From contig JANOGJ010000260.1 in the NCBI GenBank assembly GCA_031405995.1, forward strand, positions 1 through 33,649: a DNA stretch of 33,649 bases. The letters are read 5' to 3'. A model generated the notes under the pieces. The model was not told the DNA's origin. It saw nothing but the letters and a program-made list of their open reading frames with translations, and did not search any database. A program made the translations under genes and the position numbers. Source of the stretch: Acidobacteriota bacterium (lineage in GTDB: Bacteria; Acidobacteriota; Vicinamibacteria; Vicinamibacterales; SCN-69-37). Shown one piece after another: positions 30,855 to 33,649 of this stretch. How positions within the stretch are numbered: the stretch's first letter is position 1; each line of letters starts with the position of its first letter.

Positions 30855-31135
30855 CCCCCCCCCAACGCACCGCAAGCGATTGCCTTCATATCCTCGATGG
30901 TGTTCATCGCGTGTTCGTGGTGGTCAAGGCTAAAGCGGCCACGACCCTCAGCGATCTCAGCTAACGCAGCCCTCAACGCATCCCGCTGCTCGGTGAGCTT
31001 CGCCACCTCAGCGCGGGCGTCGAGAAGGTCGGCGGCGAGGTCGTCGTGCAAGGAGTCCGTGTCGATCTCGTCTCCGTCACATTCATAGGTGCCAGTCTTG
31101 GTTATCTGCTCAACGTAATCGGTGTTAACCCTCAT
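30848..31135 (-). CDS. Hypothetical coiled-coil protein (95 aa)
   Basis: ATG 31135 is preceded by GGAGGTGGGGG. It ends ...IACGALGGGR; compare ...RACGALGDGDES at the end of the next gene. Confidence 0.55.
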   Translation of the reverse strand: MRVNTDYVEQITKTGTYECDGDEIDTDSLHDDLAADLLDARAEVAKLTEQRDALRAALAEIAEGRGRFSLDHHEHAMNTIEDMKAIACGALGGGR

Positions 31136-31577
31136 CCCCCACCTCCACCCCGGCTGCGCGAAGGATGGCGCGGGCCGCGACCCTTGCCGCGTCCGTCACG
31201 TCACCGCTCATCCAGTCGGCCTTGACCAGAGCCAGACGGATCGCTTCCATCAACTCCGTCTCGCCCACGGCTTGCGGAGCGGGCTCGCGTTTCAGCCGCT
31301 CGAACTCCGCGCGCACGTCCTCGACAATCGCCATCGAATCGTAGTCGCCGCGATTGACCCCACCGGAGTCTAAGATGTCACCTGCAATCGACTTGAGCAG
31401 AGCGCGATGGCGACAGCTTGTGTTCACCGCCGCCTCCTGCGCATCCGGCTCCCACTTGGGGATGCGCTTGACAGCGGCAACAGTGAATGCGTAGGTGTCG
31501 TCGTGCGTGAATTGACTGCGGAGTAGCGTCTCCAACGCCTTCCACCGCTCCACCAAGTCCCTACCCGACTTCGACAT
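31125..31577 (-). CDS. Hypothetical protein (150 aa)
   Basis: ATG 31577 is preceded by GGAGG, 9 nt after the TAA of the upstream gene. The listed 214-aa form is an Arg-rich extension overlapping that gene. Confidence 0.6.
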   Translation of the reverse strand: MSKSGRDLVERWKALETLLRSQFTHDDTYAFTVAAVKRIPKWEPDAQEAAVNTSCRHRALLKSIAGDILDSGGVNRGDYDSMAIVEDVRAEFERLKREPAPQAVGETELMEAIRLALVKADWMSGDVTDAARVAARAILRAAGVEVGDEG

Positions 31578-31588
31578 CTGAGCCTCCG

Positions 31589-32287
31589 TTAGCGCCGCGA
31601 GTGCGTGAGGATCGACACAGCCTTGACGCCAGGGATCGCCATCGCGCCCTTCTCGGCACGAGCGCGGGAGTTGAGCGCGACCATGTTCGGTTCGACGTAG
31701 AAGTTGTTCGACTGGTTGCCGCCAGCCCACGCCTTGAATGCGGCCATGTCTACGATCTCCGCGCCCCACGTCTCGCGCGTGGACACGCCGGCCACCTTCG
31801 CCACCTCGGGGCGCACGATCGCAACAGGAGGAGGCGGCAACGGAGCCGTCAACGCATCTTCGGCCTCATCCTCGGTGTCGGCCATCGCGGCGTCTAGCTC
31901 GCGCTGCGCGTCCTGCTTGGCGAGCGCTTCGGCGTGGAGGTGCTCTTGCACCTTGGCCGCTGCCTGCCTCTCGGCTGCCTCGAACGCTTTGCACGTTCCG
32001 CTCGCCGTATCGAGCGCGGTTAAGATCGGCGCCAGGAAGTGATCCTGCGCCGCGACGACCTCCTGGCGCGCCGCCTCGGCCTTGCGCTTGGACTCCATCG
32101 CGGCTTCGATGGACGGCTTGAAGAACAGCTTCACGCGGTCGCGTGCGTCCATGATGCGAGCGATCAGCGCCAGCCCCGCCGCGTGCTCTTCCACGTTGCG
32201 GACGACGAGGGCGTCTGCGGCGGCGATAACAGGGGCGACCTCGCGCTCGACCTGTTCGGTGTTGATGGTGGCGATGGCGTCACTCAC
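31589..32287 (-). CDS. Coiled-coil protein (232 aa), likely partner of the adjacent recombination protein
   Basis: Long Ala/Glu/Gln helical region plus a C-terminal globular part (VAGVSTRETWGAEIVDMAAFKAW). Its start overlaps the upstream stop. Confidence 0.65.
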   Translation of the reverse strand: MSDAIATINTEQVEREVAPVIAAADALVVRNVEEHAAGLALIARIMDARDRVKLFFKPSIEAAMESKRKAEAARQEVVAAQDHFLAPILTALDTASGTCKAFEAAERQAAAKVQEHLHAEALAKQDAQRELDAAMADTEDEAEDALTAPLPPPPVAIVRPEVAKVAGVSTRETWGAEIVDMAAFKAWAGGNQSNNFYVEPNMVALNSRARAEKGAMAIPGVKAVSILTHSRR

Positions 32288-33092
32288 TGAAAGGCGCCTC
32301 CTCTGTCGTCACGTCCCGGTACTCTGTGATGGTCGCGTTGCCCTTCGCCGTCATCTCGGAAATGATCTCGACGAAGTGCCCGTCGAGAGCGATCAGGCCC
32401 TCCGCGATGGTCTTGGAGAACGTCCCGAACTTCTCGCCGTAAGCACCGTGGAACGTGTAGAGCGTCCACGGTCCCTTTGGCGACTTGCCTTCCTTCGTCT
32501 CGAACTTGACGAGCTTCCCGCGCCAGGCCGGCGAGGCGTCACGGGCAGGCGGTCGGCTCGTAGCCGCCTGTTGTGTCCCCAGTGACGTTGGGTCGGTGCG
32601 CTCCTCACTGAATGAGCCGACGTGATCCATCTCCTCCGCTGGCGTCGTTTCGTACCGTTTTGCCAGCGACAGCACCCAAGCGAACGCGATGCGGCACGCC
32701 TTCCCGGTGGCACGAGTGATCGCCATGCTGCGGCGCGCGTTCTGCGGGCGCCCCATCCACACGCGATCGTCCGGCCCGCCGCACTCGGCCGACGCGCGGG
32801 TCAGCACCATCCCGTCGCTCATGCGGACCAGCTCGACCTCGGCCACGTACCGACCCTCCGGCATCTCGTGCACGGCGACCTCACGCGGGAGGCAGCCGCG
32901 GAGCGTGGCGAGTGTCACCCACCCCTCGACGCGGACGAACTTCTTTCCCTGGATCATCGAGAACAGCCTTTGCCCCTCGATCACTTCCGCGAGGACGTTG
33001 GCTTCCTCGGTGGCTTGTCGGATGATGGCACGCGGCGATGGTCGGTCCATCGCGGTGCCGATGTCCTCGATCTTGACTAGCGATTCGGTCAT
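32280..33092 (-). CDS. Putative single-strand annealing / ssDNA-binding protein with an OB-like C-terminal domain (270 aa)
   Basis: ATG 33092 is preceded by GGAGGAG. NARRSMAITRATGKACRIAFAWVLSLAKRYETTPAEEM resembles the terminal helix plus acidic linker of phage SSAPs. The C-terminal WRGKLVKFETKEGKSPKGPWTLYTF...FVEIISEMTAKGNATI looks like a beta-barrel. The function call is tentative. Confidence 0.65.
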   Translation of the reverse strand: MTESLVKIEDIGTAMDRPSPRAIIRQATEEANVLAEVIEGQRLFSMIQGKKFVRVEGWVTLATLRGCLPREVAVHEMPEGRYVAEVELVRMSDGMVLTRASAECGGPDDRVWMGRPQNARRSMAITRATGKACRIAFAWVLSLAKRYETTPAEEMDHVGSFSEERTDPTSLGTQQAATSRPPARDASPAWRGKLVKFETKEGKSPKGPWTLYTFHGAYGEKFGTFSKTIAEGLIALDGHFVEIISEMTAKGNATITEYRDVTTEEAPFSE

Positions 33093-33164
33093 TGTGTTAC
33101 TCTCCTCCCAACGGTTAAGACTTCCCTAGATGGGGCCTGGACTCACGATCCCGGCCCGCGTTGT

Positions 33165-33230
33165 TTAGAACGGAACCCCGTCGTCGACCACGACTCCGAG
33201 GATCACGGACAGGAACAGCACGGTCAGCAT
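33165..33230 (-). CDS. Possible 21-aa hydrophobic micropeptide (MLTVLFLSVILGVVVDDGVPF)
   Basis: ATG 33230 overlaps the stop of the Ala-rich gene and has AGGAG about 10 nt upstream. It is too short to judge statistically. Confidence 0.25.
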   Translation of the reverse strand: MLTVLFLSVILGVVVDDGVPF

Positions 33231-33649
33231 TCGGCATCACTCCTTTCGCCCATGTACGCCGTGATGGACGGCGCGTCGATGGCCTTCGAACAGGGATCAA
33301 TCAACCGATCAAGAAGCGCGAACGCCGACTCCTGTAGGCCAATCTTCGTCGGTTCGAGTTTCTTGCTCGCGGCATCCAACGCGGCATTCCACGCGGCATC
33401 CAACGCGGCATTCAACGCGGCAACCCACGCGGCAACCCACGCGGCATTCAACGCGGCAGCCGACGCGGCATCCCGCGCGGCAGCCCGCGCGGCAGCCGAC
33501 GCGGCAGCCAACGCGGCAACCCACGCGGCAACCCACGCGGCATTCAACGCGGCAGCCGACGCGGCATCCAACGCGGCATCCCGCGCGGCAGCCCACGCGG
33601 CAGCCGACGCGGAGGCCGATGTCGTTCGGGCGTCCTCGATGCTTGCGAT
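33224..33649 (-). CDS. Partial (N-terminus beyond the right edge) Ala/Trp-rich tetrapeptide-repeat protein with a unique 47-aa C-terminal tail
   Basis: The frame is open to nt 33649 (IASIEDARTTSASASAAAWAAARDAALDAAS...). The listed start at 33571 is only a TTG inside the repeat. The non-repeat tail SKKLEPTKIGLQESAFALLDRLIDPCSKAIDAPSITAYMGERSDAEC argues that this is the coding frame. Confidence 0.6.
   Translation of the reverse strand: MASIEDARTTSASASAAAWAAARDAALDAASAAALNAAWVAAWVAALAAASAAARAAARDAASAAALNAAWVAAWVAALNAALDAAWNAALDAASKKLEPTKIGLQESAFALLDRLIDPCSKAIDAPSITAYMGERSDAEC
33369..33620. repeat. Tandem array of about 21 units of a 12-nt repeat (plus strand GCGGCAnyCnrC)
   Basis: Units read directly from the sequence: gcggcatccaac, gcggcattccac, gcggcatccaac, gcggcattcaac, gcggcaacccac (x2), and so on. 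A higher-order repeat of about 96 nt is also visible. Confidence 0.95.

Noticed and set aside
28325-31769. Long N-terminal extensions in the ORF track (28325-28972, 29000-30115, 29922-30197, 30131-30739, 30450-30875, 31125-31769)
   Set aside because: The extensions overlap the upstream gene out of frame and are Arg/Gly/Pro-rich. Internal ATG or GTG codons with SD sequences or ATGA/GTGA coupling give compact, non-overlapping genes.
33309-33596. 95-aa ORF translating the tandem array as (GCRV)n
   Set aside because: It is the same repeat read in another frame, and it has no credible non-repeat termini. The Ala-rich frame continues into a normal C-terminal tail and is coupled to downstream genes.
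33369-33620. Possible CRISPR array
   Set aside because: The units are 12 nt and directly abutting, with no spacers. This is a coding tandem repeat, not repeat-spacer architecture.

Overview
This window is a high-GC phage or prophage segment that is almost entirely coding. Hand counts of single 60-nt lines give about 60-65% G+C. I did no database searches; every family call rests on motifs read by eye and on gene order.

(1) nt 1-24017, minus strand: a complete podovirus-type packaging and structural operon. In transcription order it encodes:
- a putative TerS, TerL and an HNH protein, then two small ORFs
- portal, a 104-aa ORF and a scaffold protein
- an N4/BPP-1/epsilon15-type major capsid protein and a Bbp16-like cement protein
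- a 76-aa AT-hook miniprotein
- a T7 gp11-like adaptor and a gp12-like nozzle (1072 aa, with extra domains)
- gp13-, gp14-, gp15- and gp16-like ejection proteins; the gp16 analogue is 1911 aa and carries an HExxH motif
- a short fibre with a T7 gp17 N-terminal-like domain
- a >1165-aa two-module beta-helix protein with a signal-peptide-like N-terminus. The ORF track misses it because it has no stop codon inside the window.

(2) nt 24426-26393, plus strand: an inverted block, partly lower in GC. It holds a second HNH paralog, four small ORFs, an HTH protein and an RHH protein.

(3) nt 26399-33649, minus strand: a tightly coupled early replication and recombination operon. It holds a DnaB-N/RepA-type helicase, RusA, an SSAP-like protein with an OB-like tail, and many small unknown ORFs. 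It also contains a perfect 97-bp direct repeat that gives two genes the same 31-aa N-terminus, and a 21-unit 12-nt tandem array encoding (x-x-Ala-Ala)n.

The ORF track accepts GTG and TTG as starts, so many listed 5' ends are too long. I re-set starts where RBS, stop/start coupling or family N-termini allowed. I recognised no tRNA, rRNA, CRISPR array, integrase, transposase, reverse transcriptase or lysis cassette.
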